A stretch of DNA of 64,000 nt, from the NCBI GenBank assembly GCA_963714015.1, contig OY970223.1:1312001-1376000 (forward strand). Direction: 5' to 3'. Both the position numbers and the translations under genes were made by a program. The notes under the pieces were generated by a model. That model saw nothing but the letters and a program-made list of their open reading frames with translations. It did no database searches and was not told the DNA's origin. Source of the DNA: Vulcanimicrobiota bacterium. Its GTDB lineage: Bacteria; Vulcanimicrobiota; Vulcanimicrobiia; Vulcanimicrobiales; Vulcanimicrobiaceae. Shown piece by piece: positions 10,233-19,431 of the stretch (positions within the stretch are counted from its first letter, which is position 1; every line of letters starts with the position of its first letter).

Positions 10233-11087
10233 ATGCGCTTGGGCGTCCACGTCCGCGTGGCAAAGGGATACACGGCGGCGATCGAATACGCAAAGCGCGT
10301 CAACTGCACGGCGGTCCAGATCTTTTCCAGCAATCCGCGCAGCTATCGAACCAGCGCGCCCAACCGGCCCGCGCTGGAAGCCTTTCGCGAAGCGCGCCGC
10401 GAGGCCGGCATCGATCCGTGCGTCATCCATACGCCGTACTTGATTAACTTGGCCAGCGACGATCCGAAGATTGCCGGTGGTTCTCTGGGCCTGCTGAAGT
10501 ATGATTTATCCGTTGCCGGAATCGCCGGAGTAACGTACGTGAACACCCACTTGGGATCGTACGGCCGGCGCGACCGAAACGAAGGATTCGCCGGAGCATG
10601 CCGTTTGCTCGAAGCGGCGCTCGATGCGATTCCCGCCGGCGTCCATTTGGTAATGGAGAATTCCGCCGGAGCGGGGTCGTTGTGCGGGGGCACGTTGGAG
10701 GAATTGGGACGCTTCGTCAAGGCACTCGGCCATCCGCGGCTCGGCGTCTGTCTCGATACCGCCCATGCATGGGCGGCCGGCTACGAAATCAACTCTCAGC
10801 GCGGAGTCGACGATTTCATCTATCAAGCCGCCGAACAAATCGGATGGGATCGCGTCCATATGTTTCACTTCAACGACACCGAAGTGCCGCTGGGAGGGAA
10901 TCGCGATCGCCATCACCACATCGGCGAAGGAAACATCGGCTTCGAAGGTTTCCGCGCGTTTGCGATGCGACCCGAAATGCGCGAGAAAACCGCAATCCTG
11001 GAAACACCGGGTGAAGAAGCGGACGATCTGCGCAACATGGAGACGATTCGCGCAATCTTCCGCGGTGCCGGCCACATCGTGGACTAA
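10233..11087 (+). CDS. nfo: Endonuclease IV
   Basis: LGVHV, HTPYLINLAS, ENSAG, CLDTAH, HFND, DRHHHIG, ILETP. Confidence 0.95.
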   Translation: MRLGVHVRVAKGYTAAIEYAKRVNCTAVQIFSSNPRSYRTSAPNRPALEAFREARREAGIDPCVIHTPYLINLASDDPKIAGGSLGLLKYDLSVAGIAGVTYVNTHLGSYGRRDRNEGFAGACRLLEAALDAIPAGVHLVMENSAGAGSLCGGTLEELGRFVKALGHPRLGVCLDTAHAWAAGYEINSQRGVDDFIYQAAEQIGWDRVHMFHFNDTEVPLGGNRDRHHHIGEGNIGFEGFRAFAMRPEMREKTAILETPGEEADDLRNMETIRAIFRGAGHIVD

Positions 11088-11129
11088 GGGCCGGGACCAC
11101 CGCCGGCTGAGCCGAATACTTCAGCGGCA

Positions 11130-12186
11130 ATGATAGCGCACTTCGACGTCGACGCTTTCTATGCGAGCGTCGAGATTCGCGACGATCCGTCTCTGCGCGG
11201 AAAGCCGGTTGCGGTTGCCGGTTCGAGCCGCCGCGCGGTGGTGCTGACCGCATCCTACGAAGCACGGCCGTTCGGCGTAAAGTCCGCCGTGCCGCTCTAC
11301 AAAGCCATGGCGGCTTGCCCGCAGCTCGTCGTCGTGCGCCCCAATATGCAGAAATACCATCAAGTCTCACAGCAGATTTTCGCCATTTTTGAACGGCGCG
11401 GTCATCCGGTGCAAGGTCTGTCGATGGACGAAGCCTTTGTCGATCTCGGCCCCGTGATGCTGGACGAAGCGCTCCAAACAGCTCGCGCGATTCGTGCGGA
11501 AGTGGCGCAAAGTGTCGGGCTTACCGTAAGCGGCGGCGTCGCGACCGGAAAAATGATCGCGAAAATTCTTTCCGACTCGTGTAAGCCGGACGGTCTGCAG
11601 GGGCTTGCCCCCGGAGAGGAAGCCGCATTCCTGGCCCCGATGCCGGTGGGCTTATTGTGGGGCGTGGGACCAAAAACGCAGGCCCGGCTCGTTGCACGCG
11701 GCATCGCCACGATCGGCGACGTCGCCGCTTTGAGTGAGGAGCATGCCCGCGCGATATTCGGAAGTTGGGGAATCGAGCTGAGGGAACTTGCGAGCGGCGT
11801 GGACCGGCGTCCGGTGGAGGGCGACCGCGAGACAAAGTCGATTTCGACCGAAGAGACGTTCGAATACGACGTGCGCGACGAAGATCGCCTGCGCGAGATA
11901 TTGAAAGAACAGGCGATCGAACTGGCTGAGAAGCTTCGTCACGAAGACCTTTGCGCGTGCACCGTCGGCATCAAAATCAAACGCTCGGATTTCACGAGCG
12001 TCGTCCGTCAAGCGAACCTATCGGAGCCGACGTCCGACCCCCGGCGCATCTTTCAGACGGCTGCGCACTGTCTTCGCCGGGCCCAGACTCGCGGGGGCTC
12101 CGGTGCGACTGCTCGGGACGAGGGTCGCGTCGCTCGTACCCGGATCTCCGAAACAACAGAGCCTTTTCGCAAATAGTAAACAGTAA
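11130..12186 (+). CDS. dinB: DNA polymerase IV (frameshift near 12090; true tail ends ...QQSLFANSKQ*)
   Basis: HFDVDAFYASVE, SYEARPFGV, SMDEAF, KPDG; clamp-binding-like QQSLF in shifted frame. Confidence 0.93.
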
Positions 12187-12201
12187 GAGGAGTAACAGCC
12201 G

Positions 12202-12522
12202 ATGATCGTGGTCACCACCGAGAACATCTCCGGACGCCGCGTTGCCAAGACCATGGGTCAGGTCTTCGGTGTAGTCGTGCGCAGCCGCGGACTGGGCGGG
12301 AACATCATGGCCGGTTTGCGATCGATCGTAGGCGGCGAAATTACGGAGTACACGCAATTACTGGAAGAGGCGCGCCGCCACGCCGTGGATCGCATGGTCC
12401 AGAACGCGCAGACCATGGGCGCCGATGCTGTCGTGATGATGCGTTTCGATTCGTCCGAAATCGGTCAGAGCATGAGCGAGATCGTCGCTTACGGCACGGC
12501 CGTCCTTTTGGAACCGGCCTAA
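12202..12522 (+). CDS. YbjQ/UPF0145 family protein
   Basis: GGEITEYTQLLEEARRHA..RM...A..MGADAV, AYGTAV. Confidence 0.92.
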   Translation: MIVVTTENISGRRVAKTMGQVFGVVVRSRGLGGNIMAGLRSIVGGEITEYTQLLEEARRHAVDRMVQNAQTMGADAVVMMRFDSSEIGQSMSEIVAYGTAVLLEPA

Positions 12523-12523
12523 G

Positions 12524-12805
12524 ATGCTGCGCCTTTTCGTAGCCGGCATTGGCGTACTCTGTTTGATCGGCGCCGTCTTGATCGGTCTTACAGTGCATAT
12601 AGCCTGGGCAGGCTCCGTGCAGCTTGCGGTATTCGGCCTGTTGATTCTGGGCAGTCTGCTCTTCGAACGGCATTACCGCGGGCGCTCGGCGCAAGGGTTG
12701 GGTTTGCAGCAAACCGGAGAACGCTTCGTCGATCCGGTCTCCGGCGCGCTGACCGAGGTGCTATACAATCCTAAAACCGGCGAGCGCGTCTACCGCGACG
12801 TTTGA
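12524..12805 (+). CDS. Small two-TM membrane protein
   Basis: Two hydrophobic helices, then TGERFVDPVSG...YNPKTGERVY. Confidence 0.65.
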   Translation: MLRLFVAGIGVLCLIGAVLIGLTVHIAWAGSVQLAVFGLLILGSLLFERHYRGRSAQGLGLQQTGERFVDPVSGALTEVLYNPKTGERVYRDV

Positions 12806-14976
12806 CCGTAGACCGTCTTCGCCGGCTGCCAGCGATCGGAGCTGTCAACGGTTCCCGGCAGACGCGCGGCCTGCAGTTCGGAGAGAAACTCCGGGGCCGT
12901 CACACCGCGCGTAGGGCGTTCGTGCGCCGTAACCAAGACGCTTCTTCGCGCGCGGCGCATCGCGTACACGAATGCGCGGCGTTCTTCGCGGTTGTATGCC
13001 TCGCGCGCTTTGCTTGCAAACATATAATACGTGAATTTCGCCGTGCGCGCCGCGCGAGCTTCGCCGACGTTCTCTTTTGCTATCATTCCCAGACTCGGAC
13101 TATACAGGAATGCATCGGGTACATACCACCGGGGGAAGCATCCGGCTCGTACGTTCGGCAGCATCACGTGATCGAACTCGCGGCCTCGCGCGGCATCGAT
13201 GCTCAGAATGCGCACGGCGCCTGCGACCTCTCGCAGTTCGCAGGACTCAAAGGCGCTCTGCATGCGCCGCTCCGCATCTTCCAGGAAATCGCCGATCGTT
13301 GCGTGCGGATGCTGCTTGGAGTACCGTTCCATGCGGTCGTCCAATCGGCGCAGCACCAGCTGCTGATACGCTGAGCGCGCGCTTGCGGCCGGCCCGCTGC
13401 GAGCAAGACCTTCACTCCAAATCAGCCGAACCGCCGCGCGCAGCGAGTGAGTGCGCAAAGCTTCGACCCAGCGCGACCGGAGTTCGCGGAATCTGCGCAG
13501 GCGCGCAAGCGCATCCGCGTCCAAGTCGTAGTCGCGATCGCCGCGCAGGACGTTCCACCCAAGCCGAAGGTCGCGTTTGGGATCCCAGCGCCGGCCGGTC
13601 GATTCTGAAAGATCGGCGAGCGGTTCGCTAAAAAGCAAGGTCTGCGCATCCGCCGGATCGCCGCAAAGGCTAGCAATGGCGGCGTCGGAAAGCGCCAGCG
13701 CCCCGCCCGCCAGAACGCGAAGCAGATAATCGTGCCGGAACGGATCGTGAACCGCCCAGAGCAGTGCAAGAGCGTCGAGAGCTTCGGCTTCGCTGAAGAC
13801 GTTCAGGTCGCCGGCGACTTGAACGCGCACGTTGCGCTCCAAGAGCGCGTCACGGTACGGACCGATCGTTTGAACCGAGCGGAAGATGACCGCAATGTCG
13901 TCGTGAGCGACTCCGGCGTTGAGGAGTTCGATGACCCGATCGGCGATGAATTGCGCCTCTGCGCGTCGCGTGGTCGCTCGGAACAGTCGCAGGCCCACGG
14001 CCGGATCGGTGCTGACCGGCGGCGATCCGCTTGCGCCCGAAAGATGGCGGCACGCGACGTCCACCGCAAAAGGGCTGCGCCGCTGCTCCTCGAGTGCGAT
14101 TCGCGGACCCTGTACCGCGAATACCCGGTCCGGTCTAGCCCCCCGGAACGTCGACGTTGCCGACTCTGGATCCCCGGCGAGCGTCACTCCGTCTAAATCC
14201 GCACCGTAGATTGCCTGCAGAAACTGCAACTCCCCGAGCGTGAACTCTTGCACGTCGTCCGCGAAAACCAGCGGAAAGCGGGCGCGCATTTTTGCGGCAG
14301 TTTCAGTCGCTTTTTCCAGGAGTGACGCGGCTTGCGCGACGGCGTCGCGGCCGGTCAGACACCCGTGCCGAACGGGATGATCCAAGTACGAGCGGTAGAG
14401 CTTCGCCAGAATCTTTGCGAGGTCGATCTCGCGCCGGTATTGACGCCCGAGCTCTGTGGGGTCGACGTCAAGTGAGTCGCGGTAGCTGTCTTTCGTATAA
14501 AACAGCAGGTTCGGATTTGCAAAATTAGGCGGGTTGGCGTAAAACTGCGCGGCACCGCGCAGGGCGCTTTCGAGAAATTGGTCGGGAGAGATGCGCGCGT
14601 CCAGCAGTTTGCAAAACAGCCGGAAAGCCGCCTCCAAGAAACGCTGCGGCGCGCGCAGTCCGGGGATCTCCGGATCGACTTCCGCTTCGATGAACTCCGT
14701 CCACTCAAGCGTCAGCAGCGAATGCGCGGACTCTTCGAACAACCTGGCGGCACGCGCATCGTCGACCGTTTCGCTGCCTTCCAAAAGTTCCACCGCGAGG
14801 GTCTGTATGCTCTCGATGGTGACGTTCGGGTGAACGACCCCTTTGCGCAGCTCGAGCAACGCCGAAGAAGAGGACGACGTTATAAGTACCGGAGATTGCT
14901 GCGCTGCAGAACTTGCCCGCTGCAGCAAGAGCGTCGTTTTGCCGGAACCGGCGGGGCCGACGATGAAATTGCTCAC
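12790..14976 (-). CDS. UvrD/AddA-like superfamily 1 helicase with partly degenerate motifs
   Basis: GPAGSGKT Walker A, ADDVQE, AGDP..ATSTFRGA, AARGREFD, EERRAFVYAMRRAR; GTG start overlaps upstream TGA. Confidence 0.8.
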   Translation of the reverse strand: MSNFIVGPAGSGKTTLLLQRASSAAQQSPVLITSSSSSALLELRKGVVHPNVTIESIQTLAVELLEGSETVDDARAARLFEESAHSLLTLEWTEFIEAEVDPEIPGLRAPQRFLEAAFRLFCKLLDARISPDQFLESALRGAAQFYANPPNFANPNLLFYTKDSYRDSLDVDPTELGRQYRREIDLAKILAKLYRSYLDHPVRHGCLTGRDAVAQAASLLEKATETAAKMRARFPLVFADDVQEFTLGELQFLQAIYGADLDGVTLAGDPESATSTFRGARPDRVFAVQGPRIALEEQRRSPFAVDVACRHLSGASGSPPVSTDPAVGLRLFRATTRRAEAQFIADRVIELLNAGVAHDDIAVIFRSVQTIGPYRDALLERNVRVQVAGDLNVFSEAEALDALALLWAVHDPFRHDYLLRVLAGGALALSDAAIASLCGDPADAQTLLFSEPLADLSESTGRRWDPKRDLRLGWNVLRGDRDYDLDADALARLRRFRELRSRWVEALRTHSLRAAVRLIWSEGLARSGPAASARSAYQQLVLRRLDDRMERYSKQHPHATIGDFLEDAERRMQSAFESCELREVAGAVRILSIDAARGREFDHVMLPNVRAGCFPRWYVPDAFLYSPSLGMIAKENVGEARAARTAKFTYYMFASKAREAYNREERRAFVYAMRRARRSVLVTAHERPTRGVTAPEFLSELQAARLPGTVDSSDRWQPAKTVYGQTSR

Positions 14977-16214
14977 CGGCCGAAACGGTCCTCTCCGGGA
15001 TAAGGACGGACGAGGCACGCGAGTTGATATGCGCAATACGCGCAGGCCGACGGATCTTCGGCACCGCGAAAGAATGCGATCGTTCCCGACGTCAGTTCGC
15101 GGCAGATTTCCACCATGCGCGAGCGCGCGCGTTCCAATTCCGCTACCGGAAGCACGCCCGTAGCGGAATGTGAAACCGCGCCGGATGCCGAGACCGGAAC
15201 CACTTCCAAGACGATGGGACGCACTTCGAGCAACGCGTCTTTAAGGGGAACGAGCGCGAGCTTCCACACCCGGTCACCCGCTTGAGTACGCGCCCAATAG
15301 TAAAACGGCAATTGAAAATCTTTGAACAGCCGAACCTTCTCCCGGTACTCCGAAGCGCTCGCGGCGATCGTTCCGGTCTTGTAGTCGACGACGCTCAGAG
15401 CGCCCGTCCGATCGTCCCGGTCGACGCGATCGATGTAGCCGACGAAGTCGAAGCCGTCGAGCTGCATCTCGACCGGAACCTCACAGCCGACGATCGTGAA
15501 AGGCGTTCGCCGCGACTCGGCGACCAGCCACTGGACGTATTTTCGCGCAGTCCGGCGAGCGCGCCGCACCTGAAGCTCGAACTCGACCGGCGTTTCGAAG
15601 CTGGCGCGAAACCGGTCGAACGCCGCATTGACGTATCCGAGGAGTTTGCGATCTAACTCTCGCGGATCCGCGGTACCCGGACGCGGATATTCGTGATGCA
15701 GGTTTTCGAGCGCCGAGTGGAACGCCGTTCCATAATAAGAAGCCGACGAGCCTTTGTCCTCGACTGCCGCGCAGACGTAGCGGTAGTACCACTTGCGCGG
15801 GCACTCGACGTACGTGTTGAGCTGGGATGCGCTGAACCGCGCAGTTGCTCCGCGCACGCCCGATGCCGGAATCGCCGATGCCGGCTCGCAAAGCGAAAAG
15901 TCCGCTTCTTCGTCAAAGCGGTCGACGTTTTCCGCTGTTTCGCTCACCCAGCCGTCCAGCTTTGCGTCGTCCCGCAATGCGCCGTAAAAAGCCAAAAGAC
16001 GTTCCCGGTCCTCGCCCGAAACGGCAATGCGCTCTTCGGCAATCAATTGGATGAGCGAGATTTCACGCTGCGAAAGCGCGACGTAAGCGGCGGCGACTTC
16101 ATGGGGAACGCCCGAGAAAGGCGAGCGCAGCAGGTTCGCGGCGTGCCGCTCGTCGCGCGATTCTTTCCAGGAGGCGGCCGCCGCGAGAAAAGCATGAAAC
16201 TCCGCAGATTGCAC
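14973..16214 (-). CDS. PD-(D/E)XK RecB-family nuclease with 4-Cys Fe-S motif
   Basis: FSASQLNTYVECP, GTAFH, CEVP, GYIDRVD, VDYKTG, QLPFY, CAYCAYQLAC. Confidence 0.88.
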   Translation of the reverse strand: MQSAEFHAFLAAAASWKESRDERHAANLLRSPFSGVPHEVAAAYVALSQREISLIQLIAEERIAVSGEDRERLLAFYGALRDDAKLDGWVSETAENVDRFDEEADFSLCEPASAIPASGVRGATARFSASQLNTYVECPRKWYYRYVCAAVEDKGSSASYYGTAFHSALENLHHEYPRPGTADPRELDRKLLGYVNAAFDRFRASFETPVEFELQVRRARRTARKYVQWLVAESRRTPFTIVGCEVPVEMQLDGFDFVGYIDRVDRDDRTGALSVVDYKTGTIAASASEYREKVRLFKDFQLPFYYWARTQAGDRVWKLALVPLKDALLEVRPIVLEVVPVSASGAVSHSATGVLPVAELERARSRMVEICRELTSGTIAFFRGAEDPSACAYCAYQLACLVRPYPGEDRFGR

Positions 16215-16274
16215 GCGACCTCTTTGGGAGTTTTGGGGAGGCTACCCTGCTCGCTGTGTATAACGCGAAACCGC

Positions 16275-16841
16275 ATGCGGATCGTCGTCGGAGTCAGCGG
16301 CGCCAGCGGCAGCCTGTACGCCTACCGCGCCTTGGAGTCGTTACGCGCCGCAGGCGTCGAGACGCATCTAGTTGTGAGCGAGCAGGCGCGCCGAACGATC
16401 GAGCTGGAGACCGACAAGAGCGTGCGCGACTTCGAAGCGCTGGCCTGGGCGGTTCACCGCGAGGGCGATCTCGCCGCGTCGATCTCGAGCGGATCGTTTC
16501 TGACCGACGGCATGCTCGTCATCCCTTGCTCCATCCGCAGCGCTTCCGCCATCGCGCACTCGCTGAATTCGACGCTGCTGGTGCGAGCCGCAGACGTGTG
16601 CCTCAAAGAGCGCCGCAAACTGGTCTTAGTCGTGCGCGAGACGCCGCTGCACGTCGGTCACCTTCGCACATTGACGCAATTGGCAGAGATGGGCGCAGTG
16701 ATCTTGCCTCCGATGGTGGCGATGTACGCCAAGCCGAAGACGGTGGACGACGTCATCGCCCACACAGTCGGAAAGGCACTCGATCAATTCGGAATCGATC
16801 AGGCGCTGTTCAAGCGCTGGGAGACTCCGCAGTCACACTAA
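16275..16841 (+). CDS. ubiX: Flavin prenyltransferase
   Basis: VGVSGASG, ASISSGSF, PCS, RAADVCLKERR.LVLVVRETP. Confidence 0.95.
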   Translation: MRIVVGVSGASGSLYAYRALESLRAAGVETHLVVSEQARRTIELETDKSVRDFEALAWAVHREGDLAASISSGSFLTDGMLVIPCSIRSASAIAHSLNSTLLVRAADVCLKERRKLVLVVRETPLHVGHLRTLTQLAEMGAVILPPMVAMYAKPKTVDDVIAHTVGKALDQFGIDQALFKRWETPQSH

Positions 16842-17739
16842 ACAGCAGCAGCGTCGTGGACGAGTAGACCGTACCGGCGCGCAGCAGCGTCGACGGAAAT
16901 TCCGGGTGGTTCGGCGAGTCGGGGAAATGTTGCGTTTCCAAGGCGAAGCCGCTTGGGTCGCCGGTGTAAAACTGGACGGCCGGCTCGGTGGTCTGCACTT
17001 CGAGGACGCGTCCGCTCACCGGATCGCCGGCCAATGCGGCCCGCCGTAAACCCTCGCCTGCCAAGACCAAGTTGACGTCGTACGGATCGGATCCAATCGG
17101 CCGCGGCTCCCGGAAGTCGAATCGAGTACCTTCGACGCTCTCTACCGCTCCGGTCGGTATGAGGCGATCGTCTACGGGCGTGTAAGAGTTCGCAAATATC
17201 TGGACGATCTGCTGGCCGCAACGGCCGCTGCCGGCAAGATTGAAGTAGCTGTGGTTCGTCAGATTCACAACAGTATCGCGATCGCTTACCGCTGTGTAAG
17301 AAACGCGCAGACCGCGCGGCGTCAATTGATACGACACCGAAGCCTCGAGCGTCCCTGGAAATCCTTGATCGCCGTCCGGACTGGTGTAAGCAAAAGCAAC
17401 GCGATCGCTATCGGAGTAGACCGTGCGCCATATCACCGCATCGAACCCGCGCGGTCCCCCATGCAGCACGTTCGCGCCTTCGTTCGCGTCCAATTGATAT
17501 GTTTTTCCGTCAATCACCAACCGTGCGCCGGCGATGCGATTGGCGTACCGCCCGATCGCCGCGCCGCGATAGGTTCGCTCCGGACCTTCGCGCGCGTACT
17601 GCGCGAGATCGTCGAAATGCAAAACGACGTTGGCGCGCTCGCCTTTACGATCCGGAACGTGGATTGCCAGGATCGTCGCGCCGTAATTCATGAGATCGAC
17701 GGAGAGTTCCGCCGCGTTTAATTCGTAGCGCTCGAACAT
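16810..17739 (-). CDS. galM: Aldose 1-epimerase
   Basis: GRYANRI, LHGG, GFPG, NLTNHSYFNL, LETQHFPDSPN. Confidence 0.92.
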   Translation of the reverse strand: MFERYELNAAELSVDLMNYGATILAIHVPDRKGERANVVLHFDDLAQYAREGPERTYRGAAIGRYANRIAGARLVIDGKTYQLDANEGANVLHGGPRGFDAVIWRTVYSDSDRVAFAYTSPDGDQGFPGTLEASVSYQLTPRGLRVSYTAVSDRDTVVNLTNHSYFNLAGSGRCGQQIVQIFANSYTPVDDRLIPTGAVESVEGTRFDFREPRPIGSDPYDVNLVLAGEGLRRAALAGDPVSGRVLEVQTTEPAVQFYTGDPSGFALETQHFPDSPNHPEFPSTLLRAGTVYSSTTLLLFSVTAESPSA

Positions 17740-17741
17740 CT

Positions 17742-18485
17742 CTAGACCAACCCCTCGGCCAGCGCGACGTCGCTGAGCCGATCGACGTTGACGGCAATCT
17801 CGGGATACGGCGAGACAACGGCGCGCACTCGGGCGCCGATGACGCGCGAAGCACGTTCTTCGGCGTTCGCAATGGAAAGGCGCCGCGTTGCGAAGCGGAG
17901 CAGGACGCGAAAACCGAAGAGCCGCGCCAGCGCGAGCGGGTTCTTGCGCGCGCGACCGAGCCGTTCGATGAACCGCTCGAGCGAAGGAAAGATCCGCGGC
18001 CGGATCGTCACCAGGCCGGTCCCGCAGAACGTTCCGTCGCGCAGCCGCGCCCATGTATGCGGTACGCCGGGATATTTCCGAAAGTGCGCTCGCTGCTCCA
18101 CGCAGCCGTACGTCAGATCCGCATCGCATTCAACGGCGCGCAAAATAAAATCATCGACCGACTGCGGCGTAAGCACGGGCAGGTCCGAGGTGCTCACGAG
18201 CACGTCCTGATCGGGCGCGAGCCCGGCCAGTCCGCTGCGCAGGCTGTCCCGGATCCGTTTTCCGTCCGGCCGAAACTCGTCCGCCAGGGCCAGCGCCGGA
18301 TGTCCTTGCGCCGACAGGGGCGCGACGACGATGATGCGTCCGACCGCGGAAGACGATCTCAGGGCGCGAAGGGTTCGCTCGACCAGCGCCGTCCCCCCGA
18401 TTGCGAGGAATGCCTTGTTCGGCGCCCCCGGAGTGCGGAGCGCGAGTTCGTCGCGCGGGCCGCCTGCCAGAACGATGGCCGTCAT
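17742..18485 (-). CDS. MobA-like NTP transferase family protein
   Basis: AIVLAGG, NKAFL, SDLP, IAVNVDRLSD. Confidence 0.8.
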   Translation of the reverse strand: MTAIVLAGGPRDELALRTPGAPNKAFLAIGGTALVERTLRALRSSSAVGRIIVVAPLSAQGHPALALADEFRPDGKRIRDSLRSGLAGLAPDQDVLVSTSDLPVLTPQSVDDFILRAVECDADLTYGCVEQRAHFRKYPGVPHTWARLRDGTFCGTGLVTIRPRIFPSLERFIERLGRARKNPLALARLFGFRVLLRFATRRLSIANAEERASRVIGARVRAVVSPYPEIAVNVDRLSDVALAEGLV

Positions 18486-18490
18486 ACCGA

Positions 18491-19372
18491 TTATGCCGCG
18501 CTGCGCCATGCCGCTCCATTCCAGAATGCAGCTGCGAACGTTTCAAACGGTGATTGCCTCGCGGCCCGTTCGGCGATGGTACGCGCTGCACCGGCGTCGC
18601 GGACCAGCGTGAAAACGCACGAACCGGAACCAGTGAGCATTGCATTCGCCGCGCCGGCGGCGCGCAAGACGTCAATTGCCCCGCAAATCTCTTCCGTCTG
18701 CGCCATGACCTGATGGAAATCGTTCTGCATCAATTCGACCGCAAGATCGAATTGATCGCGCTGGAGCGCCTCTGCCATTTGCAGGCTCGCGGAACCGCTG
18801 CGCGGCCGCGACGGCAGGCAGCGCGCGTCGATTTCTTCGTATGCCCATGCGGTAGAAACGTGAATCGGAGGCTTCACCACGACGACGTGCCATTGCGGAA
18901 CGGGGCCGAGCGCAGTAACGCGCTCACCCGTTCCTTCTACTAATGCGGCCGTCTCCACGAGGAAAAACGGGACGTCGGAGCCGAGCGATCGCGCGGTCCC
19001 GACGTAATCGATCTCCGGAGCGCAGCCGAAGGCGCCGCGCTGGGCTGCCAGGAGCACGGCCGCCGCGTCGCTCGAACCGCCGCCCAACCCGGCGCCGGTC
19101 GGAATGCGTTTGCGCAGGGCGATCTCATAGCCGCGTTCGGTCAGGTGCAGCGCGTCGAAAGCGCGCTGTGCCAGATTGTGCTCTTGCAGTTCTCCGATAT
19201 CGCAGCGGAATGAGAAGCCGCCGTCTTCACTCTTGCGAACGTGCAGTTCGTCGCACAGATCGATGGGGACCATGACGCTGCGCAGTCCGTGCAGGCCGTC
19301 GGCGCGGCGCCCGAGGACTTCCAGCGTCAAGTTAATCTTGGCCGGTGCACGCAGCGCCTCGCTTGCTCTCAT
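18491..19372 (-). CDS. ispE: 4-diphosphocytidyl-2C-methyl-D-erythritol kinase
   Basis: APAKINLTL, KRIPTGAGLGGGSSDAA, LGSDVPFF, TGSGSCVF. Confidence 0.95.
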   Translation of the reverse strand: MRASEALRAPAKINLTLEVLGRRADGLHGLRSVMVPIDLCDELHVRKSEDGGFSFRCDIGELQEHNLAQRAFDALHLTERGYEIALRKRIPTGAGLGGGSSDAAAVLLAAQRGAFGCAPEIDYVGTARSLGSDVPFFLVETAALVEGTGERVTALGPVPQWHVVVVKPPIHVSTAWAYEEIDARCLPSRPRSGSASLQMAEALQRDQFDLAVELMQNDFHQVMAQTEEICGAIDVLRAAGAANAMLTGSGSCVFTLVRDAGAARTIAERAARQSPFETFAAAFWNGAAWRSAA

Positions 19373-19431
19373 CGCGCTCACCTTGCGCGAGACGGCGGGA
19401 CATCCTTCCGAGAGGTCGTAGTCAAGATTTC

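Noticed and set aside
14973..16214. Cas4 or CRISPR locus
   Set aside because: RecB-like Fe-S nuclease only; no cas1/cas2 and no repeat-spacer array in the window.
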